Positions 51,605-61,532 of a stretch of DNA of 64,000 nucleotides are shown one piece after another. The stretch comes from Bacteroidota bacterium (GTDB lineage: Bacteria; Bacteroidota; Bacteroidia; Bacteroidales; FEN-979). The DNA is taken from NCBI GenBank assembly GCA_026391715.1, contig JAPLDO010000078.1:60214-124213 (forward strand). Direction: 5' to 3'. The translations under genes were made by a program, and so were the position numbers. Numbering within the stretch: the stretch's first letter is position 1; each line of letters begins with the position of its first letter. The notes under the pieces are model-generated. The model saw only the letters and a list, made by a program, of their open reading frames with translations, searched no databases and was not told where the DNA came from.

Positions 51605-53014
51605 TTATATTCTCCCCAGATCAATCTGAAACTCAACAGGATGTTCAGGCGTACTACAATGAAGCACGCATTGTTCGCAAATCTGAAGTTCGCCCTGCAA
51701 ACGTTTTTTTACCATATCTTCAATACGTTGCCGCAGTTGCGGAATGGCGATTTTTGCAACAATTTCATCGGCAAAGGCAAACATCAGCAACATGCGGGCA
51801 GTTTCCTCCCCTATTCCACGCTGACGCAGATAGAACATAGATTCCGTGTCGAGCTGCCCCGTTGTAGAGCCATGCGAACATTTTACGTCGTCATTGTAGA
51901 TTTCCAGGAAGGGTTTTGAATTTACGCGGGCTGTATCGGTGAGAAGAATATTCTTATTTTTCTGACGGGCGTCTGTTTTTACAGCGTCCCGCCGCACAAG
52001 GACATGTCCGTTAAAAACTGCCCTTGCATGTTCATCAAGAATTCCCTTAAAAGTTTCGGAGCTTGTGCAGTCGGGATGGGCATGGTCAATAAACAGGTTG
52101 TTATCAACATGCTGCTTACCGTCCATTAGATAAATGCCATGGATGTTGGCATTTCCGTGAGGACCATTGAAAAGAACCCGGATGTTGTTACGCAATAATC
52201 CTCCGTTCAATGAAATATAGTGTGATTCGAGGCTTGCCGACGTTTCCAACCTGAAATATACCGAACCGATCAAGGCGCTGCTGTTGTTCAGATTCTGGAG
52301 CTTATAATGATCCAGGAAACCATTTTCACCAACATGAATTTCGGTTACAATATTCGAAAAACTTGCCTGATGGTTATATGAATCATCACAATGCACAAGC
52401 GACAGACGTGAGTTGGAGCCAACCACAATAAGATTCCGCGACTGAAGAAATAAACTTTCCTCATGCTGAATCACATTTATCAACTGAACTGGTTTCGGAC
52501 TTTGGACATTATCCGGTACGTAAATGAAAACGCCGTCCTGCGCAAAAGCGGTATTCAGGGCTGTTAAACCATCGTTTGAGTAATCTGCAATCCGTCCATA
52601 ATACTTTTCAACCAGTCTGGGATACTTTTTTTTGGCTTCGGCGAGGCTACCCATGATAATCCCGTTGCCCAGTTCCATCAGCGGAACATCTTTGGACACA
52701 TACCAGCCATTCAACTGTCCGATAACGGCTGTATCGAGATGCGGAATATTGCAACGGAAAACCTTATGAAAGTTTACCTGATCAGGTCGTTGCAACGGAA
52801 CGCGGTAATTTTTTTCCAGGCTTTCAGAGAGATCGGTATTTCGCCATGATTCAAGGCTTGTGGTTGGAAAACCAAGTTCAGCAAAGGATTTAAAAGATTT
52901 TGTCCTGATTTCAGCGAGGGCGGCGGTATCATTCGCAGCCAGCTTTTTCCGGTTCTTTTCATAAAGACCGATCAGGCGATCGGGAGTGATGGGTTCTGTG
53001 CTTAACGGTTGCAT
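51605..53014 (-). CDS. sufD: Fe-S cluster assembly protein SufD
   Basis: 469 aa. Beta-helix core and conserved C-terminal block ...FNGHVLVRRDAVKTDARQKNKNILLTDTARVNSKPFLEIYNDDVKCSHGSTTGQLDTESMFYLRQRGI. Follows sufC by 12 nt. Confidence 0.9.
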   Translation of the reverse strand: MQPLSTEPITPDRLIGLYEKNRKKLAANDTAALAEIRTKSFKSFAELGFPTTSLESWRNTDLSESLEKNYRVPLQRPDQVNFHKVFRCNIPHLDTAVIGQLNGWYVSKDVPLMELGNGIIMGSLAEAKKKYPRLVEKYYGRIADYSNDGLTALNTAFAQDGVFIYVPDNVQSPKPVQLINVIQHEESLFLQSRNLIVVGSNSRLSLVHCDDSYNHQASFSNIVTEIHVGENGFLDHYKLQNLNNSSALIGSVYFRLETSASLESHYISLNGGLLRNNIRVLFNGPHGNANIHGIYLMDGKQHVDNNLFIDHAHPDCTSSETFKGILDEHARAVFNGHVLVRRDAVKTDARQKNKNILLTDTARVNSKPFLEIYNDDVKCSHGSTTGQLDTESMFYLRQRGIGEETARMLLMFAFADEIVAKIAIPQLRQRIEDMVKKRLQGELQICEQCVLHCSTPEHPVEFQIDLGRI

Positions 53015-53026
53015 GGTAAAGAGTAA

Positions 53027-53779
53027 TTATTCCTGTTCTTTTTTTATCCAGTCGTAACCTTTTTCTTCGAGTTCTATCGCCAGTTCCTTTCCTCCTGATT
53101 TCACAATTTTCCCCTGGAATAACACATGTACAAAATCGGGTACTATGTATTCGAGTAACCTCTGATAATGGGTTATTACGAGGAAAGCGTTATCAGACCG
53201 GCGCAGTTTGTTAACGCCGTTTGCCACAATCCGGAGAGCGTCAATATCAAGACCCGAATCGGTTTCATCAAGAATGGCGAGCGTAGGTTCGAGCATCGCC
53301 ATCTGGAAAATCTCGTTTTTCTTCTTCTCCCCTCCCGAGAAACCTTCATTGACAGAGCGATTGGTGAGGTTTGAGGTAATCTCAACTAACTTTTTCTTCT
53401 CTTCCATGAGCCTGAGAAAATCTACTCCCGGCAGCGGATCAAGTCCTTTGAACTTACGCACTTCATTTACGGCAGTGCGCATGAAGTTGGTAATGCTGAC
53501 CCCGGGAATCTCCACCGGATACTGAAACCCCAGGAAAATTCCTTCGCGGGCGCGATCTTCGATGGAGAGATTCTGCAAATTCTTACCTTTATAAAGGATC
53601 TCGCCGGCAGTAACATCAAACACTTCCCGTCCTGCAATTACCGAAGCTAACGTACTTTTTCCGGTGCCGTTCGGTCCCATGATGGCATGTACCTCGCCTT
53701 TGTTTACATCGAGGTTTACACCCCGGAGAATCTCTTTGCCGTTAATGCCGGCGTGCAGGTTTTTGATGCTGAGTAACAT
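53027..53779 (-). CDS. sufC: Fe-S cluster assembly ATPase SufC
   Basis: 250 aa. Walker [14 protein letters not shown] signature [11 protein letters not shown], Walker [12 protein letters not shown]. Confidence 0.95.
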   Translation of the reverse strand: MLLSIKNLHAGINGKEILRGVNLDVNKGEVHAIMGPNGTGKSTLASVIAGREVFDVTAGEILYKGKNLQNLSIEDRAREGIFLGFQYPVEIPGVSITNFMRTAVNEVRKFKGLDPLPGVDFLRLMEEKKKLVEITSNLTNRSVNEGFSGGEKKKNEIFQMAMLEPTLAILDETDSGLDIDALRIVANGVNKLRRSDNAFLVITHYQRLLEYIVPDFVHVLFQGKIVKSGGKELAIELEEKGYDWIKKEQE

Positions 53780-53789
53780 ATTCTTTAGT

Positions 53790-53866
<77 letters not shown>

Positions 53867-53893
53867 GTGGCATTTGGGTTTTGCATTTTCAAA

Positions 53894-55351
53894 TTATCCT
53901 ACGCTTCCTTCGAGAGAAATTGAAAGCAATTTTTGAGCTTCTACGGCAAATTCCATTGGAAGCTGTTTGAGCACTTCTTTAGCGTATCCGTTCACAATAA
54001 GACCGATGGCGCTTTCGGTATCAATACCGCGCTGCTGACAATAGAAAAGCTGGTCTTCGGAAATTTTAGAGGTGGTTGCTTCATGTTCTACGATGGAAGA
54101 TTTGTTGTCAACCTGAATATATGGGAATGTATGAGCGCCGCACTTACTGCCAAGCAGCAGCGAATCGCATTGGCTGTAATTACGTGAATTTGTGGCATTC
54201 TTCGAAATTCGCACCAATCCCCGGTAGGAGTTATTGCTTTTTCCGGCAGAGATTCCTTTTGAAATAATGGTGCTTTTGGTATTTTTCCCGATATGCATCA
54301 TCTTTGATCCGGTATCTGCCTGCTGATGATTATTGGTTACAGCCACCGAATAAAATTCCCCTACCGAGTTATCGCCAAGAAGAATGCAACTGGGATATTT
54401 CCAGGTAATGGCTGAACCGGTTTCAACCTGTGTCCAACTGATTTTTGCATTGCTTCCTTTGCAGACGCCGCGTTTTGTTACAAAGTTGTAAATACCACCA
54501 ACGCCGTTTTTATCTCCCGGATACCAATTCTGAACCGTTGAATATTTTACCGATGCGTCTTTCAATGCCACGATTTCAACAATGGCTGCATGAAGCTGGT
54601 TTTCGTCGCGCTGCGGGGCTGTGCATCCTTCCATATAACTTACATAAGCGCCCTCTTCGGCAACGATGAGCGTGCGTTCAAACTGACCGGTATTGGCGGC
54701 GTTAATTCGAAAATAGGTTGACAATTCCATCGGGCAGCGCACTCCTTTCGGAATAAAACAAAAAGATCCATCGCTGAAAACCGCCGAATTGAGAGCGGCA
54801 AAATAGTTGTCGGTGAATGGAACAACCGATCCCATATATTGTTTCACAAGGTCAGGATGGTTTTGAACTGCCTCGCTGAATGAGCAAAAGATGATTCCGT
54901 GTTTTGCAAGAGTTTCGGAAAAGGTGGTTTTAACGGAAACACTATCTATTACTGCATCCACTGCAACGCCTGCAACGCCTGTTAGTTTTTTCTGCTCATC
55001 CAGCGATATGCCAAGTTTGTTAAAGGTGGCAAGCAATTCGGGGTCCACCTCGTCGAGGCTCGATAGCTCTTCCTTTTTCTTTGGCGCCGCATAAAAGATG
55101 ATAGCCCGGAAATCAATTGGAGCGATTTTCAGGTGCGCCCATTGCGGCTGTTTCATGGTGAGCCAGTGTCGGTATGCTTTCAGCCGGAAGTCAAGCATAA
55201 ACTCCGGTTCATTTTTCTTATTGGAAATATATCGGATGGTATCTTCGGTAAGTCCGACAGGAGCAAATTCAGTTTCAATATCAGTGACAAAACCGTATTT
55301 GTATTCGCTATGCGTTACCTCGTTAAGAACTTTATTGGCGTCAGACTCCAT
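53894..55351 (-). CDS. sufB: Fe-S cluster assembly scaffold SufB
   Basis: 485 aa. Highly conserved blocks ...[34 protein letters not shown]..., ...[39 protein letters not shown]... Confidence 0.95.
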   Translation of the reverse strand: MESDANKVLNEVTHSEYKYGFVTDIETEFAPVGLTEDTIRYISNKKNEPEFMLDFRLKAYRHWLTMKQPQWAHLKIAPIDFRAIIFYAAPKKKEELSSLDEVDPELLATFNKLGISLDEQKKLTGVAGVAVDAVIDSVSVKTTFSETLAKHGIIFCSFSEAVQNHPDLVKQYMGSVVPFTDNYFAALNSAVFSDGSFCFIPKGVRCPMELSTYFRINAANTGQFERTLIVAEEGAYVSYMEGCTAPQRDENQLHAAIVEIVALKDASVKYSTVQNWYPGDKNGVGGIYNFVTKRGVCKGSNAKISWTQVETGSAITWKYPSCILLGDNSVGEFYSVAVTNNHQQADTGSKMMHIGKNTKSTIISKGISAGKSNNSYRGLVRISKNATNSRNYSQCDSLLLGSKCGAHTFPYIQVDNKSSIVEHEATTSKISEDQLFYCQQRGIDTESAIGLIVNGYAKEVLKQLPMEFAVEAQKLLSISLEGSVG

Positions 55352-55388
55352 GAATAACGATTTAAGTCAATTATAATCATTTATTATG

Positions 55389-55396
55389 CAAAGATA
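55389..55396 (-). promoter_or_regulatory. Candidate -7 promoter box (TATCTTTG on minus strand) for sufBCD
   Basis: Plus-strand caaagata matches TAnnTTTG on the minus strand, 38 nt upstream of the sufB ATG (55351). Confidence 0.4.
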
Positions 55397-55404
55397 AATA
55401 ATTT

Positions 55405-55446
55405 AGGTATTGGAATGCCTGATTTAAAATAGCAAGGTATTGGAAT
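55405..55446. promoter_or_regulatory. Two identical 12-bp direct repeats AGGTATTGGAAT spaced 30 bp apart, upstream of sufB
   Basis: Read directly at 55405-55416 and 55435-55446. They lie immediately upstream of the candidate -7 box, which is operator/activator-site-like positioning. Confidence 0.35.
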
Positions 55447-55464
55447 TTAGATTTGAAATTTGGT

Positions 55465-57291
55465 TTATTTTTTCATCTCTTCCTGAAAATGTTGATATAC
55501 TACTGTCCCTTTTGCTTTTCCAATGGTTTCCTGTAACTCTTCGAGAGTTGCCAGCTTAATATTTTTCACCGATTTGAATTTCCAGAGCAGTTTCTGGTTT
55601 ATGTTGGGACCAATCCCGGAGATTTCCATCAACTGCGGCGACATGGTTGCTTTTTCCCTGCGCTGGCGGTGATGCGTTATCCCGAAACGGTGCGCTTCGT
55701 CGCGCAATTGCTGGATAATGCGGAGCGTTTCCGACTTTTTGTCGAGGTACATTGGCAAAGGATCGTTAGGGTAATATATCTCCTCAAGTTTCTTTGCAAT
55801 GCCAATCACCGTCATCTTTCCGGTAAGTTCCAGCGCCGCAAGGCTTTTCAATGCCGCGCTGAGTTGACCTTTTCCTCCATCAACGATGATGAGCTGAGGC
55901 AGCGGTTTGTTTTCATCGAGCAGCCTTTTATATCGGCGGTGAACAATCTCCTCCATTGAAGCAAAATCGTTTGGACCTTCAACCGTTTTAATGTTGAAAT
56001 GGCGGTATTCGCTTTTATCGGGTTTTGCATTTTTAAAACAGACCATTGCCGCCACCGCGCTTTCACCCTGGATGTTGGAATTGTCGAAACATTCAATGTG
56101 AACAGGAAGTTCCGTCATTCGAAGGTCTTTCATCATGGTTTCGAGTATCCGGCGCGACCTGTGTTCGGGATCAACTGTTTCTTTCTGTCTTTCCTTTTCA
56201 ATCTGATAATATTTTACATTTCGCTCCGACAGTTCAAGCAGTTTCTTTTTATCGCCGATTCTTGGAATTGTAAATTTAACTCCGGTCATCTCATAGCCGA
56301 TGGCGAATGGGACTATTATTTCCGGCGACCGGCTCTCATATCTTTGTCGGATTTCGGTAATTGCGAGGGTGAGAAGTTCTTCGGGCGGCTCATCGAGTTT
56401 ATTGTGCAGTTCGATTGTATGTACCTGGATGATTGCGCCGTTCATCACTTTCATGTAATTCACGTAAGCATGAACGCCGGCGGCGGAAATGGAAAATACA
56501 TCTACATCGTTGATGGTTGGACTCACCACGGTTGATTTGCTCTGGTATTTATCTAACAGCGCAAGTTTCTCTTTAACTAGATGCGCTTTTTCAAACTCTT
56601 CGGCAGCGGCGTAACTCATCATCAATTCGCGGAGTTGCCTTGCCACGGAATTGATATTTCCTTTGATGATTTCCCTGATGGCTGCAATGGATTTATCGTA
56701 ATCTTCCGAAGCCTGGCGACCTTCGCAAGGACCTTTGCAGTTGCCGATATGATATTCCAGACAAACCCTGAATTTCTTCCCCCGGATGTTCTTTTCGGTG
56801 AGGCTCAGCGAACAGTTCCGAAGAGGATATAGTTGACGGCTAAGTTCAAGCAGGGTGTGCATCAATCGGACATTGGCATAAGGACCGAAATATGCCGAAC
56901 CGTCGCGAATCACATAACGTGTTTGAAATATCCGGGGAAAGGGTTCATTTTTAATACATATCCACGGAAAAGTTTTATCATCTTTAAGGGCGACATTGTA
57001 ATGCGGCTGGTATTTTTTTATCAGATTATTTTCCAGCAGCAGGGCATCCTGCTCGGTTTCAACCACGATATAGCGAATGTCGGCAATTCGGCGCACCAGC
57101 ATCTGCACCTTTCCGCTGATGGAATTTATTTTCGTGAAATATGAGCTTACCCGTTTTTTAAGATCCTTTGCCTTGCCTACATAGATGATTTTATTTTTAT
57201 CGTCGAAATACTGATAAACGCCGGGATTATGCGGCAGATTCTTTACAATCGGTTGGAGGTGAGAGAAATATTTATTCAGGGCATGTTCCAC
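55465..57291 (-). CDS. uvrC: Excinuclease ABC subunit C
   Basis: 608 aa. GIY-YIG (PGVYQYFDDKNKIIYVGKAKDLKKRVSSYF), Cys-rich region (RVCLEYHIGNCKGPCEG), RNase H-like endonuclease domain (IECFDNSNIQG), C-terminal (HhH)2 (ISGIGPNINQKLLWKF...LEELQETIG). Confidence 0.95.
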   Translation of the reverse strand: MEHALNKYFSHLQPIVKNLPHNPGVYQYFDDKNKIIYVGKAKDLKKRVSSYFTKINSISGKVQMLVRRIADIRYIVVETEQDALLLENNLIKKYQPHYNVALKDDKTFPWICIKNEPFPRIFQTRYVIRDGSAYFGPYANVRLMHTLLELSRQLYPLRNCSLSLTEKNIRGKKFRVCLEYHIGNCKGPCEGRQASEDYDKSIAAIREIIKGNINSVARQLRELMMSYAAAEEFEKAHLVKEKLALLDKYQSKSTVVSPTINDVDVFSISAAGVHAYVNYMKVMNGAIIQVHTIELHNKLDEPPEELLTLAITEIRQRYESRSPEIIVPFAIGYEMTGVKFTIPRIGDKKKLLELSERNVKYYQIEKERQKETVDPEHRSRRILETMMKDLRMTELPVHIECFDNSNIQGESAVAAMVCFKNAKPDKSEYRHFNIKTVEGPNDFASMEEIVHRRYKRLLDENKPLPQLIIVDGGKGQLSAALKSLAALELTGKMTVIGIAKKLEEIYYPNDPLPMYLDKKSETLRIIQQLRDEAHRFGITHHRQRREKATMSPQLMEISGIGPNINQKLLWKFKSVKNIKLATLEELQETIGKAKGTVVYQHFQEEMKK

Positions 57292-57295
57292 AGGA

Positions 57296-60106
57296 TTACA
57301 AATAGCGGGAAAGCATTTGAAGCAAAGCGGGTTTGGCGATCGGCTTTGAAATATAGTCGTCGCAGCCGGCGGCTAAACTTTTTTCCTTATCGCCCGACAT
57401 GGCAAAGGCTGTTTGCGCGATCACGGGAATGTTTTTACGAATAGCTTTAATCTCTTTTACCAGCGCCCAGCCATTTGAATCGGGAAGTCGCATATCGAGA
57501 AGGATAAGATCAATAGTATCGAGAACCGGATATAGGTTGCGAAGATCATTGCCGTTCCAGGCAAAGATAATTTCTGCCCCGGTGTGGGAAAGAACGATTT
57601 TCAGAAATTCCATATTTGAAGGTTCATCCTCCACCAATACTAATCTTTTCCCTTGCCATTGAAAGGTTTCTGAAGTATCGGGCTGCGGAATTACGCCTGT
57701 CAACCGGCGTTCATGCTTCGGCGTTATTTGTGCATTATAAGGTTTATATGGCACACTGAAAGAGAAAGTACTTCCTTTTCCGGGTATTGATTCCAGCCAT
57801 ATTTCACCTCCAAGCAGTTCAACAGAACCTTTGCAAATTGCCAATCCGAGTCCGGTGCCTCCATATTGATGATGATCGGAGACGTCGGCTTGCCGGAAGG
57901 TTTTAAAAACCATCTCCTGGTTTTCGGGGGAAATGCCGATTCCGGTATCAGTGACAAAGAAAGTTATCATTCCGTTTTCAGGATGATTGTATCCACAGGA
58001 GATGGAACCGGCGATGGTAAATTTCAGGGCGTTATCAAGCAGGTTGAACAAAACCTGCCTGATGATATATGGATCGCTTTGAAAAACATCTTTGCCGGTT
58101 CGAAGGGATTTTTTACAGCTCAGCGCGAGATGGGTTTTATTAGTCCGCTGGATTTTCTGCTTCGTTACGGTTTCTACTTCGTCGAGCAAATTGTTGATGC
58201 GCACTTCTCTGTTATCAATGGTAGCATTTCCCGATTCGATCCTCGAAATGTCGAGAATATCATTGATAATATGCAATAAATCGTCTGACCTTGATTTTAC
58301 TATCCAGGAGTATTTTTCCCTTTCACTCGCAGTAAGGTCGGGATCGGTAAGCATTCCGGCAAACCCAACGATGGAATTCATCGGAGTGCGGATTTCGTGG
58401 CTCATGTTGGCGAGGAATGCCGATTTCAGAAGGTCGCTTTGTTCTGCTTTCTCCTTGGCGGCAATCAATTCCTTACCCGCCATATCTCTTTCAATATAAA
58501 GACTTAGTTCATGGGCAATCATCTCCATTAAGCCAACGCTGGTTTTATCATAAGCCGCCGGGTCGGTATAACTCTGCACTACCATAGCTCCGATTACTAT
58601 TTCGTTGATTACCAATGGAACGCCCAGCCAGCATGCCGCCCTGGTACCCATAAGCGTAAGACCGTTTTCTTCGGCAATTTTATCAATTTCTTCACGTGTC
58701 AGCAACAGTGTAATTCCCTTTTGTACCACCAGTCCCGACAGTGAATTTTCAGCTTTCCATTCTTCATACTTATCTTTTTCGTCAATCCATATTGCTCTGC
58801 GAAGGGTTTGGGTTTCTTTGCGGTAAAAAGCTACAAAGAAATTTGTGGTATCCAGCAGAAGGCTTAATTGCTCGCGGGTAATGGTCAGAAATTCCTCGAT
58901 ATTAGGGTTTGATACCGCCGCTTTGGCAATAGTATAAAGGACATTTTGAATTTTTTCGGAGCGTTTGCGGTCTGTAATATCATGGAAATTGATAACAATT
59001 GCTTCTATGGCAGGCTCAGCAAAAAGGTTGGTGAATGTACTTTCAATCCAGCGCCACGATTGATTTTTATGCCTGAACCGGTACTGACAGGTTATCACTT
59101 TTTCAGGATTTTGCAGTAAATCATTCAGGAAAACCAGTACAAAAGGCAGATCGTCGTGATGAGTAAGTTCTGCAGGCGATATGTTATCTGACTTTAAATC
59201 TTCGGCTGTATATCCAAACATTCTGAGGGCAGAATTACTGATATACTTGAAGCCGCCATCACTGCCGATGAGCGCGATGGCGTCGGGCGAGTTTTCAATC
59301 AGCAGTTTGAACCGGGTTTCACTTTGGATGAGAAGCTGTTCTTTCCGTATAATTTCGGTGACATCCGTGATACTTGATAAAATATAGCTATCATCGTGTA
59401 CAGTTATGATTTCGCATGAAAACAATCCAATGATAAACGTTCCGTTTTTTACTCTGAACTGAAATTCCATAGCGGATACCTTACCTCCATCATTCAGTGT
59501 TGAAACTACCATTTTCCGGTTGTCCTCGTTAACCCAGAGATTTAATTCAATAGTTGTTTTCCCGACCGCTTCAGCCAAAGTATAGCCGGTAAGCATGGCG
59601 AAACTTTCATTAACATCATGAATCAATCCATCGGAAACTCTGGTTATTGCAATCGCCTGCGAAGCCGACCTGAAGGCGATGGCAAATTTTTCTTCACTTA
59701 AACGTAACACTTTCTCGGCAATTACAACCCTTTTGGCTGATTTTATTCTTGCGAGGAACTCGCGGGGGATAAAAGGTTTTATCAGATACCCGTCAGCGCC
59801 GGTTTCCAGTCCGTCGGCTATGTTGTCGGTTTCAGTTTTAATACCGGATATCAGAATGATGAAAGTTGAAGCCAACACCGGATCCGCCTTGATTAACTGA
59901 CAAAGTTCAATTCCATCGGCATCGGGCAGGATAACATCGAGCAGGAGCAGGTCGGGCTGAAATCTGGCAATAGTTCTCATACACTCCGCTCCATCCACTG
60001 CCGTTTTTACGAGATAACCGGCTTTTATCAGCAGTGTTTCGATGATGGAGCGTAAAACGGCGTCATCATCAACCACGAGGATTTTAAAATCGTTGTTTGT
60101 GTTCAT
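57296..60106 (-). CDS. Hybrid sensor kinase: REC - PAS - PAS - GAF - HisKA/HATPase - REC
   Basis: 936 aa. N-terminal REC (ILVVDDD...DLLLLDVILPDADG...GADGYLIKP). PAS-like segments. GAF-like region (...CWLGVPLVINEIVIGAMVVQSY). H-box FLANMSHEIRTPMNSI. G-boxes GTGLGLAICKGSVELLGGEIWLESIPGKGSTFSF. C-terminal REC (VLVEDEP...DLILLDMRLPDSNG...GCDDYISKP). Confidence 0.9.
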   Translation of the reverse strand: MNTNNDFKILVVDDDAVLRSIIETLLIKAGYLVKTAVDGAECMRTIARFQPDLLLLDVILPDADGIELCQLIKADPVLASTFIILISGIKTETDNIADGLETGADGYLIKPFIPREFLARIKSAKRVVIAEKVLRLSEEKFAIAFRSASQAIAITRVSDGLIHDVNESFAMLTGYTLAEAVGKTTIELNLWVNEDNRKMVVSTLNDGGKVSAMEFQFRVKNGTFIIGLFSCEIITVHDDSYILSSITDVTEIIRKEQLLIQSETRFKLLIENSPDAIALIGSDGGFKYISNSALRMFGYTAEDLKSDNISPAELTHHDDLPFVLVFLNDLLQNPEKVITCQYRFRHKNQSWRWIESTFTNLFAEPAIEAIVINFHDITDRKRSEKIQNVLYTIAKAAVSNPNIEEFLTITREQLSLLLDTTNFFVAFYRKETQTLRRAIWIDEKDKYEEWKAENSLSGLVVQKGITLLLTREEIDKIAEENGLTLMGTRAACWLGVPLVINEIVIGAMVVQSYTDPAAYDKTSVGLMEMIAHELSLYIERDMAGKELIAAKEKAEQSDLLKSAFLANMSHEIRTPMNSIVGFAGMLTDPDLTASEREKYSWIVKSRSDDLLHIINDILDISRIESGNATIDNREVRINNLLDEVETVTKQKIQRTNKTHLALSCKKSLRTGKDVFQSDPYIIRQVLFNLLDNALKFTIAGSISCGYNHPENGMITFFVTDTGIGISPENQEMVFKTFRQADVSDHHQYGGTGLGLAICKGSVELLGGEIWLESIPGKGSTFSFSVPYKPYNAQITPKHERRLTGVIPQPDTSETFQWQGKRLVLVEDEPSNMEFLKIVLSHTGAEIIFAWNGNDLRNLYPVLDTIDLILLDMRLPDSNGWALVKEIKAIRKNIPVIAQTAFAMSGDKEKSLAAGCDDYISKPIAKPALLQMLSRYL

Positions 60107-60132
60107 AATAAATCTTTTGTATTATAATAATT

Positions 60133-60372
60133 TCATCCCTTTTTCTTTTGAAAAGGCATTTCGCCGTTCATCGCCTGTTTATCGCTTTCAGTTACGAATT
60201 GAGACTGATTGACAATCATCCGGTGATAAAACGGATAAATCTCTCTGAATGTTTCATCCGACAGGTGAGTTTTAAATATTTCCACCCACTGATCGGGTTT
60301 TGCCGGGAAGTAAGTGAGTTGAAAGCTATGCAACCGGTATGCCATCATGCAGTCCTCTCTTTTTCCATTCAT
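60133..60372 (-). CDS. Hypothetical small ORF (possibly a decayed gene remnant)
   Basis: 79-aa ORF (or 70 aa from the MMAYRL start) in a ~320-nt gap between two kinase genes. No recognisable motif. An adjacent out-of-frame ORF (60326..60520) overlaps the kinase 3' end. Confidence 0.25.
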   Translation of the reverse strand: MNGKREDCMMAYRLHSFQLTYFPAKPDQWVEIFKTHLSDETFREIYPFYHRMIVNQSQFVTESDKQAMNGEMPFQKKKG

Positions 60373-60425
60373 CGGTTAATTCTTTTCGTATTTCAATGCT
60401 TTTCAGGCGTTGGTTTATCCAGTTT

Positions 60426-61532
60426 TCAGATTGGTAAAGAAAAATAAAAAGTCGATCCAACTCCAACAGCGCTTTCCAGCCATATTTTTCCATGGTGTCC
60501 CAAAATGATATTGCGGACAATGGATAGGCCTAATCCTGTTGATTTTTCACCGGCAGTTGTTCTAACGCTGGCACATTGGAATGGCTTAAACAAGCGGTCA
60601 TGTTCTTTTGTTGGAATGCCCTGACCCTGGTCGGTAACTGCTACCGTAACATGCCCGCCGCTTAAAAAAGGGCTGACTTTAATGGTTGTTCCAGCCATTG
60701 AAAATTTAATGGCATTATTAATCAGGTTGTTCATCACTTGTTCAATTTTATTAGCGTCTAATAAAATTTCAGGAATATCTTCAAAACAATCAACATGGAT
60801 TCGGATATTTTTCTTTGCAGCAATAACAGAATTCAACCCGACATTTTTTCGTATCAGGACAATCAGATTGGCATGTTTCAAATCAAGGTGAAGTTTTCCT
60901 GATTCAATTGCTGAAATGTCAAGCAGATTATTTAGCAGTTGAAGCATAAATTCACTGGTATTTTCAATTGTGCGTAACATTTGAATTTGCTCAGCAGAAA
61001 GATCATTTTCAATTTCTTCCATGAGAAAATTGCTGTAAGCCATGATAATCCCGATGGGGTTTCGGAGATCGTGAGCGGCAATTCCGAGAAATTCGTTTTT
61101 CAGATCGTTAAGTTTGCGCAGTTCGGCATTTTTTTTATGAAGGTCGCGGGTAAGGTTATGCATCTCCTTGTTCAACTCCAGCAGATTTTTTCGCAATATG
61201 CCAATCTCTTTACCATTTGCTTCGCCAAGAGCCAATATGGCGTCGCCATGGTCATAAAACCGGAAATAAAAGGTTTCCGGAAGTCCCGAAACAGTGGATA
61301 GGTTTACCAAAGTTGTTTGCTCAGAATCGAAGGAGATAAATGGAGTTGCGCCTGATTCATTAAAATCAATGAAAATGTCAGTTAAGGGAAGCCCTTTGAG
61401 CGATTTGCCCGAAAAAGCATCTGCAAATACATTCGACTCAAGAATAACGCCTTCTTTATTGAATGTAAGGCAGATCATTGATGAATCGTGCATAACGTAA
61501 TTGACGAGGTTCGGAAATGATTCGGGATTCAT
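60426..61532 (-). CDS. Soluble sensor histidine kinase (PAS-like N-terminus, HisKA, HATPase)
   Basis: 368 aa with no TM segment. H-box FLGIAAHDLRNPIGII, N-box NNLINNAIKF, G-boxes DQGQGIP and GLGLSIVRNIILGHHGKIWLESAVGVGSTFYFSLP. Its ATG overlaps the upstream stop (ATGA at 61529-61532). Confidence 0.9.
   Translation of the reverse strand: MNPESFPNLVNYVMHDSSMICLTFNKEGVILESNVFADAFSGKSLKGLPLTDIFIDFNESGATPFISFDSEQTTLVNLSTVSGLPETFYFRFYDHGDAILALGEANGKEIGILRKNLLELNKEMHNLTRDLHKKNAELRKLNDLKNEFLGIAAHDLRNPIGIIMAYSNFLMEEIENDLSAEQIQMLRTIENTSEFMLQLLNNLLDISAIESGKLHLDLKHANLIVLIRKNVGLNSVIAAKKNIRIHVDCFEDIPEILLDANKIEQVMNNLINNAIKFSMAGTTIKVSPFLSGGHVTVAVTDQGQGIPTKEHDRLFKPFQCASVRTTAGEKSTGLGLSIVRNIILGHHGKIWLESAVGVGSTFYFSLPI

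Noticed and set aside
55999-56535. Long antisense ORFs inside uvrC (178 aa), the amylase gene (25355..25888), the CNNM gene (50186..50647) and the hybrid kinase (57866..58499)
   Set aside because: Each is fully contained in a gene with clear family motifs on the opposite strand and has no recognisable motifs of its own.
60326-60520. 64-aa minus-strand ORF
   Set aside because: Its first ~30 codons overlap, out of frame, the well-conserved HATPase C-terminus of the kinase (60426..61532). At best it is part of a decayed remnant, discussed as a low-interest finding.
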